From: Bacilli bacterium
Lineage (GTDB): Bacteria; Bacillota_I; Bacilli_A; ML615J-28; CAG-698
Direction: 5' to 3'
Length of the DNA stretch: 64,000 nucleotides
Assembly (NCBI GenBank): GCA_028691515.1
Contig: JAQUZE010000005.1
Span: forward strand, 14,860-78,859
The position numbers and the translations under genes were made by a program. The notes beneath the pieces were generated by a model, which was given only the letters and a program-made list of their open reading frames with translations, did not search any database and was not told the DNA's origin. Below are positions 19,289 to 28,960 of this stretch, in pieces. Each line of letters opens with the position of its first letter. Within the stretch, counting starts at the first letter, position 1.

Positions 19289-19963
19289 ATGGATAAATTA
19301 ATAGTTAACATTTTAATAACTTTTGCAATAAGCTTGGCTTTTATAGGATTGATTTATTTTATTTTAAATAAAGCGTTTATTAGAAAAGGAATCAGAACGA
19401 GATTTTTTATAAATCTTTTTTTTGGTTTATTTTTATTTTTTATATTTGTCATAAGTTTTGTTGTTGATTATAAAGGTGGAAATATACTTGGTTATTATAG
19501 GCATCTTGTTTTAATCATTGTTTCATTTATATATCCGTTTATTATTTTATTATATTTCATTAAAAGAATAAAATATACTAATATTAGAATAATTAGACCA
19601 AAAACTAATAGAAATAATAATCTTTTTTTATATATTCTTTTTAAATATAAAGAAGGTTATTTGCTTATAAGAAAAAAGGATTTATATCGCGGCTATATTT
19701 ATAAAATTAAAAAAAGTTTTCATGATGAAGCATTAGAAGAAGTATTTACAAAATTGTCTTTTGATGTTATGAAAAAGCAGTATAGAGGTAAAATAAACAA
19801 TAAAGGGAAAATTTATTATTGCTATTTAATTAATGTTGAAAATATTATTTCTGGCTTTGAAGAAATAAACATGTATGAATTGGTTAATCTAAAAGTTGAA
19901 GATTTTGATAAGCAAGCAATATTATCAATAATATTAAAGGAAGATTTTAATATAAGCATATGA
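19289..19963 (+). CDS. Hypothetical membrane protein (4 TM helices plus a ~110-aa soluble C-terminal domain)
   Basis: Long ORF with hydrophobic N-terminal helices. I recognise no family. ATG 19289 lies 7 nt after a TG-extended TATAAT, so the mRNA may be leaderless. Confidence 0.5.
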   Translation: MDKLIVNILITFAISLAFIGLIYFILNKAFIRKGIRTRFFINLFFGLFLFFIFVISFVVDYKGGNILGYYRHLVLIIVSFIYPFIILLYFIKRIKYTNIRIIRPKTNRNNNLFLYILFKYKEGYLLIRKKDLYRGYIYKIKKSFHDEALEEVFTKLSFDVMKKQYRGKINNKGKIYYCYLINVENIISGFEEINMYELVNLKVEDFDKQAILSIILKEDFNISI

Positions 19964-19966
19964 AAA

Positions 19967-19995
19967 AAACGAGGATGATTTATTTCTCGTTTTTT
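19967..19995. terminator. Bidirectional terminator between the membrane-protein gene and hflX
   Basis: AAACGAG/CTCGTTT stem flanked by an A-run and a T-run. Confidence 0.6.
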
Positions 19996-21236
19996 GATTC
20001 TGATATAAGATTATACATTTTATTATCTACTTTTGCTTTAATGTATATTCCTTCATCCCCATAAGAGATTTCGAGAATTTCATAATTTGTGATTAAATCA
20101 TCAACAATTTTTACATTGTTATAGCTGAAAGTATTTTCGATTAAGTACATATCTTCAAACAATTTATCTTCCATTAATTTTATTAAATGATTTAAGTTAG
20201 TTTTAGTTTTTGCACTAAATCTAATTATATTTTCATATGTATCTTCTATAAAGAAATGTTCTTTTATCAAATCAATTTTATTAAAAACATATATTTTAGG
20301 AATATCTTTATCAACTAAATCTTTTAAGATATTATTAGTTACTTCAATTTCTTGTTTATATAAAGTGCTTGTAGAATCTACAAGATGAAGAATTAAATCA
20401 GCCTCTTTAATTTCTTCTAAAGTGGATTTAAATGAATCAAGAAGAAATTTAGGCAAATGTTTTACAAAGCCAACGGTGTCCGTGACAAGAACGTGGTAAT
20501 TTTCTAATTTAATAAGTCTTGTTGAAGTATCTAGAGTTGTAAATACTTTGTTTTTTTCTGCAACTTCTTTTAGACTGTTTGAATGTTCTAAAAGAGCATT
20601 TAGAGTGCTTGATTTTCCGCTGTTAGTGTACCCCACTAAAGCTACAACTTTTATATTATTCTTCTTTCTATTGATTCTTTGAGTTTTTCTCGCTTTAATT
20701 ATTTGTTTTAATTCTTTTTTTAATGCAATAATACGATCATTAATATTACGTTTTTCAATTTCTTTTAATGTTTCACCACTACCCCGACTTTTAAGTACTC
20801 CACTTGAACCAGCTTGACGAGATAAATTTCTTTTTAATCCAGCTAGACGAGGCAGCAAGTAAGATAGAGTTGCAATTTCAACTTGTAATTTTGCTTCTCT
20901 TGTTTTAGCTCTTCGATTAAATATTTCTAAGATGATATATGTTCTGTCGTAAATATCTTTATCTGTTGCTTTCTCAATATTCAGAATTTGCATTGGAGAT
21001 AGTTCATCATTAAAGATTATGCAATCAACGTTATGATATGCAGCTAATTCTTTTAATTCCTTTACTTTTCCTGTGCCAATATAGTATTTTGGATTGATTG
21101 ATTTAATGTTTTGTGTAATTGTATCTAGAATTTCAATTTCACACGCTTCACAAAGATTTTTTAATTCTTCTAACTCTTTAATGAATATATCATCTAATTG
21201 ATTGGTATTAGCACCAACAATAATTCCCTTTTCCAT
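19980..21236 (-). CDS. hflX: GTPase HflX
   Basis: HflX N-domain followed by a G domain (GYTNSGKSS, DTVGF, NKID). ATG 21236 is preceded by AAAAGGGTGA. The ORF-track start 21317 adds 27 aa with no support. Confidence 0.9.
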   Translation of the reverse strand: MEKGIIVGANTNQLDDIFIKELEELKNLCEACEIEILDTITQNIKSINPKYYIGTGKVKELKELAAYHNVDCIIFNDELSPMQILNIEKATDKDIYDRTYIILEIFNRRAKTREAKLQVEIATLSYLLPRLAGLKRNLSRQAGSSGVLKSRGSGETLKEIEKRNINDRIIALKKELKQIIKARKTQRINRKKNNIKVVALVGYTNSGKSSTLNALLEHSNSLKEVAEKNKVFTTLDTSTRLIKLENYHVLVTDTVGFVKHLPKFLLDSFKSTLEEIKEADLILHLVDSTSTLYKQEIEVTNNILKDLVDKDIPKIYVFNKIDLIKEHFFIEDTYENIIRFSAKTKTNLNHLIKLMEDKLFEDMYLIENTFSYNNVKIVDDLITNYEILEISYGDEGIYIKAKVDNKMYNLISESKNEK

Positions 21237-21302
21237 AGTATCACCCTTTTCTATTATAGCTATTATAACACAATTTATAGTTGTTATTTGCACCAATAAT
21301 AT

Positions 21303-21338
21303 TTTTTTAAAAAACACCTAGATTATTAAATCTAGGTG
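21303..21338 (-). terminator. Rho-independent terminator of nrdJ
   Basis: On the - strand, CACCTAGA/TCTAGGTG stem followed by TTTTTT. Confidence 0.7.
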
Positions 21339-21355
21339 CTTTGTTGATTATTAAA

Positions 21356-23884
21356 TTATAAACCACATTTTAATTGTGCATTACAATTAGTACATGTGTT
21401 ACAGCCACCTATGTTTTCAACAATGCCCTCATTACACAATGGACATATATCTCCGACTTCAACACCTATATTTCTATTAGATTTACTTGAAGGTGGATTA
21501 ACATCATATTGTTCTTTTTTAACGGTTTTTTCTTCAATTTCAATTCCAAGATCTTGAAGTTCAACTTGTTTAGGAAGATCATCTTCTTTTTTAAGTGTAA
21601 GCACTTGGGTATCTCGACTACCATCAACATAAACAGTACCACCTTTAGCATTGCCTTTATAAAGGCGCATATATAATTTTTCAACATCTTCAACTGTATA
21701 ATCTTTTGGTGCATTAACTGTTTTGGAAATAGATGAATCTACCCATCTTTGAATTATACATTGAACATCTGCGTGTTCATCAGCAGTAAGTTCCATTGCA
21801 TTAACGAAAATATCTGGAAGGTTATCATGGCTATATTCAGGGTTGTGTTCTAAATATTTATTTACAACTTCAGCCTTAACTTCCATGAATTTACCTAATC
21901 TACCACTTCGGTAATATTTAAAAGCAAAATATGGTTCTAAGCCTGTTGATACTCCGACCATTGTTCCAGTTGATCCTGTTGGAGCAATTGTAAGTAAATG
22001 AGAATTTCTAATTCCATGTTCTAAAATTTGATTTCTAATATGTTTAGGCATTTTTTTCATAAAACCAGATTCAATAAACTTTTGCCTTGAACCATATTGA
22101 TCAAGAAAAGGGAAACTTCCTTTTTCTTTTGCTAACTCAATTGATTGTTCATAAGAAGAAGTGGCAATAAATTCAAATAATTTATCAACAAATTTATTTG
22201 CTTTAGGACTGCCATATCTTAAGTTACAAAAAATAATTAAATCATGAAGCCCCATGACTCCAAGACCAATACGTCTTTCTCCAAGAGCCTGTTTTTTATT
22301 TTCTTCTAAGAAGTATGTTGTCTTATCGATTACATTATCTTGCATACGAACCGCAACTTTTATTGTTTTATATAGTTTTTTCCAATCTACATCAAGTTTT
22401 TCCCAATTAATCATATTTGCTAAATTGATAGCAGCAAGATTACAAACTGAATATGGAGCTAGTGGTTGTTCACCGCAAGGATTAGAACAAACTACTTTTT
22501 GTCCATATGAAATAGCATTGGTCATATCATTAGCATTATCAATAAAAAATATACCAGGTTCTGCTGAATAAGTTGCACAAATAGAAATTAAATTCCATAA
22601 TTCTTTTGCTTTTAATGTTTTGTATGTTTTTACTCTATATCCCATTTTTTCCCATTCTCTAACGTCTCCACAAGCTTGCCATTTTTCATCATAAGCTGCT
22701 TTTTCGCCTTTAGAGTAATTATCTGTATCAGGGAACTTTAATTGATAATCTAAGTCATGTTCTACAGCATACATAAATTCTTTTGTAATCGCAACAGATA
22801 TATTAGCTCCACTTAAAAAATCAGGATTATTAACAGAGTATTTTCCTCCTTGACTTAAAATTTCTCTTGCTTTTTGCAAAGTGTTCTTACTAATATTACC
22901 AGGATTTATTTCTTCCATTTCAATTATAGTTTCATACATTTCTTCTTCTTCACTAGAAAGAGGTGTGAATTTTAATTTGTCTTTTGCTTCTTTTAATATT
23001 TCTTCATCTGTTAAATTATCAATTAAAAATAACAATATTTTTGGGTTTTGCATTTTACTTATAATAAATTTAATAATATCTGGATGCCAGTCTGCAAGCA
23101 TAATCATTTGTGCTCCACGGCGACTACCGCCTTGTTCTACCAGATGAGTAAGCGTTGATAAATCATTAAGCCATGAAACTGATCCACTTGATTTTCCACT
23201 AACGCCTTTTGCAAGAGAATTTTTTGGTCTTAAAGTAGACCCATTAGTACCTACTCCACCACCTCTAGACATTATTTCCATAACTTGTTGACGATGAACA
23301 CTTATTCCTCCACGAGAATCATGAATAAAAGGCATAACAAAACAGTTAAAAAAAGTAACTGAAGTATTAGATCCCGCTCCAAATAGAACTCTACCTGCAG
23401 GGACTAAATTCATTTCGTTTAATTCAGAATAAAATTGATTAACTCTATCAAGAGTTTCACCATGTGCAAGGTTATTAGCAACTCTATGACAAATTTGCTC
23501 GTAAAAAAGCTCTAATGGTTTATCAACTTCCATTATTTGCTTTTTAATAAGATTATTTGCGTCTAATTCATTGCTCATAGTAATATATTCATCTTCTAGG
23601 CGGATGAAAGCATCAGTGCCGTCTATTTTTTCTATATAGCCAATTCCTCTTGTTGGGAAATTTGGATCTTCTTTAATTACACAGACAACTAAATCTCCAA
23701 CGCTAATAGTTTGGTGATTTATATCTTTTTGGGCATATCTATCAAGTAGAACCATTCTTGATACACTTGAAAAGGATTTTGTCATTTTTTCTGTATCAAT
23801 CAAGAATAAATGAGGAAAATAGTCTTTAATATTTTGATTTAATCTTTCTATTAATTGTTGTGAATATAAATGGTTTACTTGCAT
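21356..23884 (-). CDS. nrdJ: Adenosylcobalamin-dependent (class II) ribonucleotide reductase with a C-terminal Cys-rich zinc-finger tail
   Basis: Single large RNR chain with SNPCGEQPL active-site motif and TIAPTGS; no nrdB/nrdF partner nearby. The C-terminus is CPLC...CNTCTNC...C. Confidence 0.88.
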   Translation of the reverse strand: MQVNHLYSQQLIERLNQNIKDYFPHLFLIDTEKMTKSFSSVSRMVLLDRYAQKDINHQTISVGDLVVCVIKEDPNFPTRGIGYIEKIDGTDAFIRLEDEYITMSNELDANNLIKKQIMEVDKPLELFYEQICHRVANNLAHGETLDRVNQFYSELNEMNLVPAGRVLFGAGSNTSVTFFNCFVMPFIHDSRGGISVHRQQVMEIMSRGGGVGTNGSTLRPKNSLAKGVSGKSSGSVSWLNDLSTLTHLVEQGGSRRGAQMIMLADWHPDIIKFIISKMQNPKILLFLIDNLTDEEILKEAKDKLKFTPLSSEEEEMYETIIEMEEINPGNISKNTLQKAREILSQGGKYSVNNPDFLSGANISVAITKEFMYAVEHDLDYQLKFPDTDNYSKGEKAAYDEKWQACGDVREWEKMGYRVKTYKTLKAKELWNLISICATYSAEPGIFFIDNANDMTNAISYGQKVVCSNPCGEQPLAPYSVCNLAAINLANMINWEKLDVDWKKLYKTIKVAVRMQDNVIDKTTYFLEENKKQALGERRIGLGVMGLHDLIIFCNLRYGSPKANKFVDKLFEFIATSSYEQSIELAKEKGSFPFLDQYGSRQKFIESGFMKKMPKHIRNQILEHGIRNSHLLTIAPTGSTGTMVGVSTGLEPYFAFKYYRSGRLGKFMEVKAEVVNKYLEHNPEYSHDNLPDIFVNAMELTADEHADVQCIIQRWVDSSISKTVNAPKDYTVEDVEKLYMRLYKGNAKGGTVYVDGSRDTQVLTLKKEDDLPKQVELQDLGIEIEEKTVKKEQYDVNPPSSKSNRNIGVEVGDICPLCNEGIVENIGGCNTCTNCNAQLKCGL

Positions 23885-24039
23885 AATATCATCCTTTCAT
23901 TATTTAAATATACTTTTTATATTATAACATACAAAAACCTATTTGTGACTAAAAAAAACAATGAAAATATTTTCTTTTAGTTTTCAAATAATAGTAAGTT
24001 AGATAAACTTAAATTAATTATACTTTTTTAGCTATTTTT

Positions 24040-24048
24040 TGATATAAT
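24040..24048 (+). promoter_or_regulatory. Extended -10 promoter ahead of the 24070-33320 gene string
   Basis: TGATATAAT lies 21 nt upstream of ATG 24070, followed by an AGGGAG SD. Confidence 0.5.
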
Positions 24049-24069
24049 AATACAAAGGGAGAACTTTAT

Positions 24070-27000
24070 ATGATTGCAGGCTCAAATAAAAAAATCAAAC
24101 TAGAAAAACATGCTAATTATCTTAAAGATATTTTTTCAACAAGCCCTTATATTGAATTAGGCAATATTGATTACAAAATTATGGAAAGAATCATCAATTT
24201 TGAAAAAATAGATATTGAAGAATTGGCTGATTTTAAATTACAAAATAGTAATGTTACTAATTTTAATATTGAAAATGATGAATTACAAAATATTATTCCG
24301 TATTTATTTTTATTAAATACAAACAAGAAAAATAAATCTTATAAAATTTTTTTAACATATGGATTGTTAACTTATAAAAATGAAGAAGGCAAGGAGGTTT
24401 TTTCGCCTATTATTTTAATTCCAGTTAATCTATTTTTTGAGGATGAAAAAGTATATATTCAAAAATTTAGTAGAGCAATTATTAATACAGTGTTAAATAA
24501 AGATTTAGAGAAAATACTTTCTGTTGAACGAAAAAGAATATTAAATATATCATCAGCTGATAATTTCAATAATCTTTATTCAATGGATAAATATATATTA
24601 TCAATGGCTTCAATTCCGGGTTTTGATGTTAAATTAGAAAATTATTTAACTGTTGGGGAAACTATTGAAAAAGATATTAAAATTGATCATAACAGATTTC
24701 CTATTACAAGAGCTCATGAAGCTCATTTAAATGATAAATATTATACTTCACATAATAATTTAGTTTTTCTTTTTTTAATGAATAAACGTCAAAGAGAAGC
24801 ATTACTTAATGCTGTTGAAAATAATAATTTTGTTATTGTCGGGCGCATGGGAACAGGGAAAACTACGACTCTTATAAATATATGTTTAGAAAAAATTAAA
24901 GATGGTAAAAGAGTATTATATGTTTCAAATAGAGATGAAACTTTAAATCAAGTAAGCAAATATTTTGAAGATAATAATTTGGAAAATTATATTGTTAATT
25001 TTTCTAATTCATTTTCGAGTTTTTACTATGGAGAAGCTGCTCCATATACTAAAAACCCTCCGATTATTAATAATAATATTCCTAATTTGTTAGAAAAATA
25101 TGAAGTTATTCAAGAATATGAAAAAATATTTTATTCAAAAATTTTAGATAATAGATATCTTGAGGTGCAAAATGAACTTAATTTCTTATCATTAAAGCCA
25201 ACAAAGGCTCTTAATATTGATGATCTTGACAAATTATATAAAGCTGATTTTTTGAAAGTAGTTAAAGGATTAGAAATAGTTGAACATAATAGAAAAACTG
25301 TTAAATGTATTTTTGAATCATTATGGAACGAAATCCCCTTAACAAATAATATAAAAAGCAGAAAAGAAATTTTAAATCTTATTTATGCTATCCATAGATC
25401 TTTTAAAATATTAGAATCTGAAAAAGAGGTTTTAGAAAAGGATTTTGGAATTGTTCAAGTATTAAATTTAGCTATGTTAAGAAATATTATTAGAACTATT
25501 AAACGTTTAACTATTGGTGATATTCCTCAAAGTTGGAAACAAAAAGGTTTTGCAAAATATTTATTAGCTGAAAAATTATATGCTGATTTAAAAAGAGAAA
25601 TAAACAATTTACAAGAAGCAGAATACCATTTAGATAATACTTATCATGATTTAAATAAAATTAAAATAAATAATGAAATTGTTAATGCTTTAGGAACATA
25701 TTATAGTGAAGATGATTTTGAGAGAATTGATAGTTTATTATTAAAAAGAAAAGATCTTGTATTATTAGCTAATAAAGCTTCATATAATAAAGAATTATTT
25801 GAAAATAGTATTACTGTAATTCAGAAATCACTTAATATGAAGTTAGTATTAAATGTAGAAGATATTAATTTTTTAATTGAATTTTCTCTTTTTTTGAAAA
25901 ATATTAATATTACTGAAACACAAGCTCAGGTCGCACTCAATAAAAATCATAATAATATTGTTCAAGAAATGACGCATATTCAAAATGAGTATATAGAAAG
26001 AATTAAAACAATTAAGAGATTTGAAAAAAATTATCCGAATGCTAATTTTAAACAATTAGATACTTGTTTGGAAATATTTAAAAGTGGATATTTTAATAGG
26101 GAAAATAAAAAACTTTTGTCTGCATTTATTTCTGATAAAAGAAAATTTAATAAACCTCTTTTTATTGAAGAAATAAGTAATGATATTCAAAACACAATTA
26201 GAAATATAGAGATAATAGAAGAATTAAAAAAAAGGTATTTTATTTTATCTAATTTAAATATTGAAGATTATGAAGAAGATTATAAAAATATTTCTTTAAT
26301 AATTGATTATTTAGAAAAAATCAAAGGAAGTAAATATATAAAAGGTGTTTTGCATTTATTTAAGAAAAATGAAAAATTAGGAAATACACGATTTATTAAA
26401 ATAGAAAATTCATTTACAAACTTTTTATCATCATATCGAGAATTTCAAAATATGAATTTGATATATACAAATTATGGTTTTACTTTAAATCAGCATTTTA
26501 TTGGTTATTATTATGAAATTATTAAAATTAATCAATATTTACAAAAATTATTTTCTTCAAATGATCGCTTAGCTTCTGTTGTTAATGATGAATCTTTAGA
26601 TTATATTTCATTTAAAACTTATTTAGATATTAGGGATTCTCAAAATTTAATTTGCTCCATAAATGAATCATTAAAAAATAATGATATCTATCGAGAAATA
26701 TATGGAGAAATGTATAACGAAGGATTAAGCAACATTAATGCAATTAGTCGAGTTATTCAAAATTTTGGTAATTATATTAAATGTTTTAATGAAGATAAGG
26801 ATGTTATCGAATCATTAAAAATTGATGTAAGTTTTAAGTTGGGGAACCATCTTAATCGTTGTTTAGAAGTTAGTGATGAGATTAACATTTTATTCCAAAA
26901 TTATAGTAAAATATTTAAATTTGGAGTTACAAAATTTTTGTATGCTGACTATAACGAGACTATTGAATATATGAGTAGTTTATTAAGGTCAGAAGATGAA

Positions 27001-28404
27001 TTAATAGCTTATCTTAATATTATTGAGGGATTAAAACCATTGTATGAGAATAATTTAAATAAATTAGTTGATTATATTGTTAATTTAAAAGAAAAAGACA
27101 CTTTAATTAATGATTTTAAGTATTCATATTATTTAAATTTACAAAATTTATTTTTAAGTAAATATGAAAACATTAACAATTATATAGAAATTCAAAAACA
27201 ACTTGAAGAAATTGTTGAGTTAGAAGAAGAAATTACTCAAAATAAAACTTTTAATATAGTTAATTACATAAGAAAATATAGTGGAAATAAATATAGTATT
27301 CATAATATTAAGGAATTAGATTATATTTCTTATTTAAAAAGAACAAAAAATATAAAAAATTTAGTTCTTACTCCAACATCAATTGTTAATCATTATTTAG
27401 ACATTAATGATTTTGATGTAGTTATTATTGATGATGCTCATTTATTGCATGCTAATGAGTATAACGAAGCAATTAAGGGAAAACAAGTTATAATTTGTGG
27501 TGAATTACAATTACAAAGTGTGGCTTCTAATAATTTAATTTGTAGAATGAGAAGTAATGCAATTATTAATATGAATTATAGATTTATTCCATCGCCTAAA
27601 AATCTTTTGAATAATATGGAAGGATCTAGAGGGGTTATTAAGAACACATTTAGTGCAAATAAAGGTATAAAAATAATTAATACTTCAATATTAGAGTTTA
27701 TTATTAATTTATATATTGAAAATATTAATTTAAAAGTAAATATATTTGTGAAAAGTTTTGATAATCAAAAGCAAATATATGAACAGTTGACAAATTTATT
27801 TGTTGAAAGAAAAATTTCTAAAAAACAAATAATTGATATTTTCACAAATAAATTGAATATAGTTGACTTAAGTCTTGGTTATCTATATCATTCGGATTAT
27901 AATATTATTTATTTAGAAGATTATTTTGATTTTTATTTTGAGCCTTTAATTCATAATATGATTGATTATATGTTGCAATGTACAGAAGAGTTAATTATTT
28001 ATGATTCAAGAAATTATTTAAAACAAATAAATTTTGCATTTGTTGATATTTTAAACAGAATAATTGAAAATAGTGACAAGAAAATATTTAATAATAAGAT
28101 AATTAATAAGAGTGTTCTTGGATTAGGAAAATTATTAATTAGTAAAGGATATAAAGTTTTTTCGGGACATGATGATTTTAGTCTGACTTTAGAAAAAGAT
28201 GATAAAATGTATGGTGTGTTATTGTTTTCTGATTATTTGAGAAACAATTATGAAATACTTAATCAATATAGAGATTATTATAGTGTGTTTAAAAAGAATA
28301 ATTTTAAAGTAATAATAGTTTGGGTTAATTCTGAAAATAATAATCTTGATAAAATTGCAAGCAAAATTATAAAGGAGATAAATGATGGGGAAAACAATAA
28401 CTAA
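24070..28404 (+). CDS. Giant (1444 aa) degenerate SF1 (Upf1/DNA2-like, DUF4011-type) helicase-like P-loop protein
   Basis: Walker A GRMGTGKT (nt 24841-24864). Walker B-like VVIIDDAH (from nt 27421) lies ~860 aa later. Degraded helicase motifs GELQLQ and NYRF follow. The N-terminal PIILIPV segment is DUF4011-like and the C-terminal region is endonuclease-like but degraded. Confidence 0.6.
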   Translation: MIAGSNKKIKLEKHANYLKDIFSTSPYIELGNIDYKIMERIINFEKIDIEELADFKLQNSNVTNFNIENDELQNIIPYLFLLNTNKKNKSYKIFLTYGLLTYKNEEGKEVFSPIILIPVNLFFEDEKVYIQKFSRAIINTVLNKDLEKILSVERKRILNISSADNFNNLYSMDKYILSMASIPGFDVKLENYLTVGETIEKDIKIDHNRFPITRAHEAHLNDKYYTSHNNLVFLFLMNKRQREALLNAVENNNFVIVGRMGTGKTTTLINICLEKIKDGKRVLYVSNRDETLNQVSKYFEDNNLENYIVNFSNSFSSFYYGEAAPYTKNPPIINNNIPNLLEKYEVIQEYEKIFYSKILDNRYLEVQNELNFLSLKPTKALNIDDLDKLYKADFLKVVKGLEIVEHNRKTVKCIFESLWNEIPLTNNIKSRKEILNLIYAIHRSFKILESEKEVLEKDFGIVQVLNLAMLRNIIRTIKRLTIGDIPQSWKQKGFAKYLLAEKLYADLKREINNLQEAEYHLDNTYHDLNKIKINNEIVNALGTYYSEDDFERIDSLLLKRKDLVLLANKASYNKELFENSITVIQKSLNMKLVLNVEDINFLIEFSLFLKNINITETQAQVALNKNHNNIVQEMTHIQNEYIERIKTIKRFEKNYPNANFKQLDTCLEIFKSGYFNRENKKLLSAFISDKRKFNKPLFIEEISNDIQNTIRNIEIIEELKKRYFILSNLNIEDYEEDYKNISLIIDYLEKIKGSKYIKGVLHLFKKNEKLGNTRFIKIENSFTNFLSSYREFQNMNLIYTNYGFTLNQHFIGYYYEIIKINQYLQKLFSSNDRLASVVNDESLDYISFKTYLDIRDSQNLICSINESLKNNDIYREIYGEMYNEGLSNINAISRVIQNFGNYIKCFNEDKDVIESLKIDVSFKLGNHLNRCLEVSDEINILFQNYSKIFKFGVTKFLYADYNETIEYMSSLLRSEDELIAYLNIIEGLKPLYENNLNKLVDYIVNLKEKDTLINDFKYSYYLNLQNLFLSKYENINNYIEIQKQLEEIVELEEEITQNKTFNIVNYIRKYSGNKYSIHNIKELDYISYLKRTKNIKNLVLTPTSIVNHYLDINDFDVVIIDDAHLLHANEYNEAIKGKQVIICGELQLQSVASNNLICRMRSNAIINMNYRFIPSPKNLLNNMEGSRGVIKNTFSANKGIKIINTSILEFIINLYIENINLKVNIFVKSFDNQKQIYEQLTNLFVERKISKKQIIDIFTNKLNIVDLSLGYLYHSDYNIIYLEDYFDFYFEPLIHNMIDYMLQCTEELIIYDSRNYLKQINFAFVDILNRIIENSDKKIFNNKIINKSVLGLGKLLISKGYKVFSGHDDFSLTLEKDDKMYGVLLFSDYLRNNYEILNQYRDYYSVFKKNNFKVIIVWVNSENNNLDKIASKIIKEINDGENNN

Positions 28405-28960
28405 GAGATTCTTTTTTGATTTTTTAAGAACTGTAAAAGAAGACCCTCATCGTTATCTATATATTAAAAATGCACTTATGAGATTTAAAAAAGAAGGTTT
28501 TGATATTAACACTAAAAATCCCAATGGAAAAACTCTTTTACATATAGCTGTTACATTAAATGAGAATAAGTTATGTAAGTTGTTGTGTAAATTAGGAGTA
28601 ATTATTGATTTAGCTGATGACTTAGGCAATACCCCCTTACATCAAGCTGTAGCTGAGAATAAAATTAGAATTGTAAAAACGTTAGTTACAGCTGGAGCAG
28701 ATGTGAATTTGGGAGCTGAGCAAGATCAAACGCCTTTACATTTAGCTGTAATTAATGGAAATTTAGATATCATCAAGTATTTGGTTAATAACAATGGAGA
28801 TATTCTTTTAGTCGATGAAAAAAATTTAGACTCAATTGATTATGCAGTTGATGAAAGAGATGCAAATATTGTAAATTACTTTTCAACAAAAATTGACATT
28901 TCTAAAAAAAGATTGGAACATATTGATAGGATTATGAAAGGTGAAGATTATGAAAGATAG
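28382..28960 (+). CDS. Ankyrin-repeat protein
   Basis: Three to four ANK repeats (NGKTLLHIAV..., LGNTPLHQAVAENKIRIVKTLVTAGADVN, DQTPLHLAVINGNLDIIKYLV). An AAGGAG SD is present. The start lies inside the 3' end of the giant gene. Confidence 0.85.
   Translation: MMGKTITKRFFFDFLRTVKEDPHRYLYIKNALMRFKKEGFDINTKNPNGKTLLHIAVTLNENKLCKLLCKLGVIIDLADDLGNTPLHQAVAENKIRIVKTLVTAGADVNLGAEQDQTPLHLAVINGNLDIIKYLVNNNGDILLVDEKNLDSIDYAVDERDANIVNYFSTKIDISKKRLEHIDRIMKGEDYER

Noticed and set aside
22254-23147. Two plus-strand ORFs (22254-22571 and 22881-23147) and the minus-strand ORF at 21466-21714, all within nrdJ.
   Set aside because: They are embedded in a strongly conserved class II RNR reading frame. Their translations are low-complexity with no start signals.
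23885-24069. NrdR box or cobalamin riboswitch in the divergent nrdJ / giant-gene intergenic region.
   Set aside because: I saw only AT-rich partial palindromes such as AATATAC-TTTT-TATATT. They lack the conserved C/G positions of NrdR boxes. The region is too short and too AT-rich for a B12 riboswitch core. Not supportable by eye.
24070-28960. Calling the giant helicase-like gene plus the ankyrin gene an active anti-phage defence system (Mokosh-like or another COG1112 helicase system).
   Set aside because: The helicase motifs III-VI and the nuclease-like C-terminus look decayed. No PLD or other effector nuclease partner is present. The pair is embedded in a long housekeeping-type operon without mobile-element hallmarks. 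It is kept only as an alternative hypothesis in the findings.
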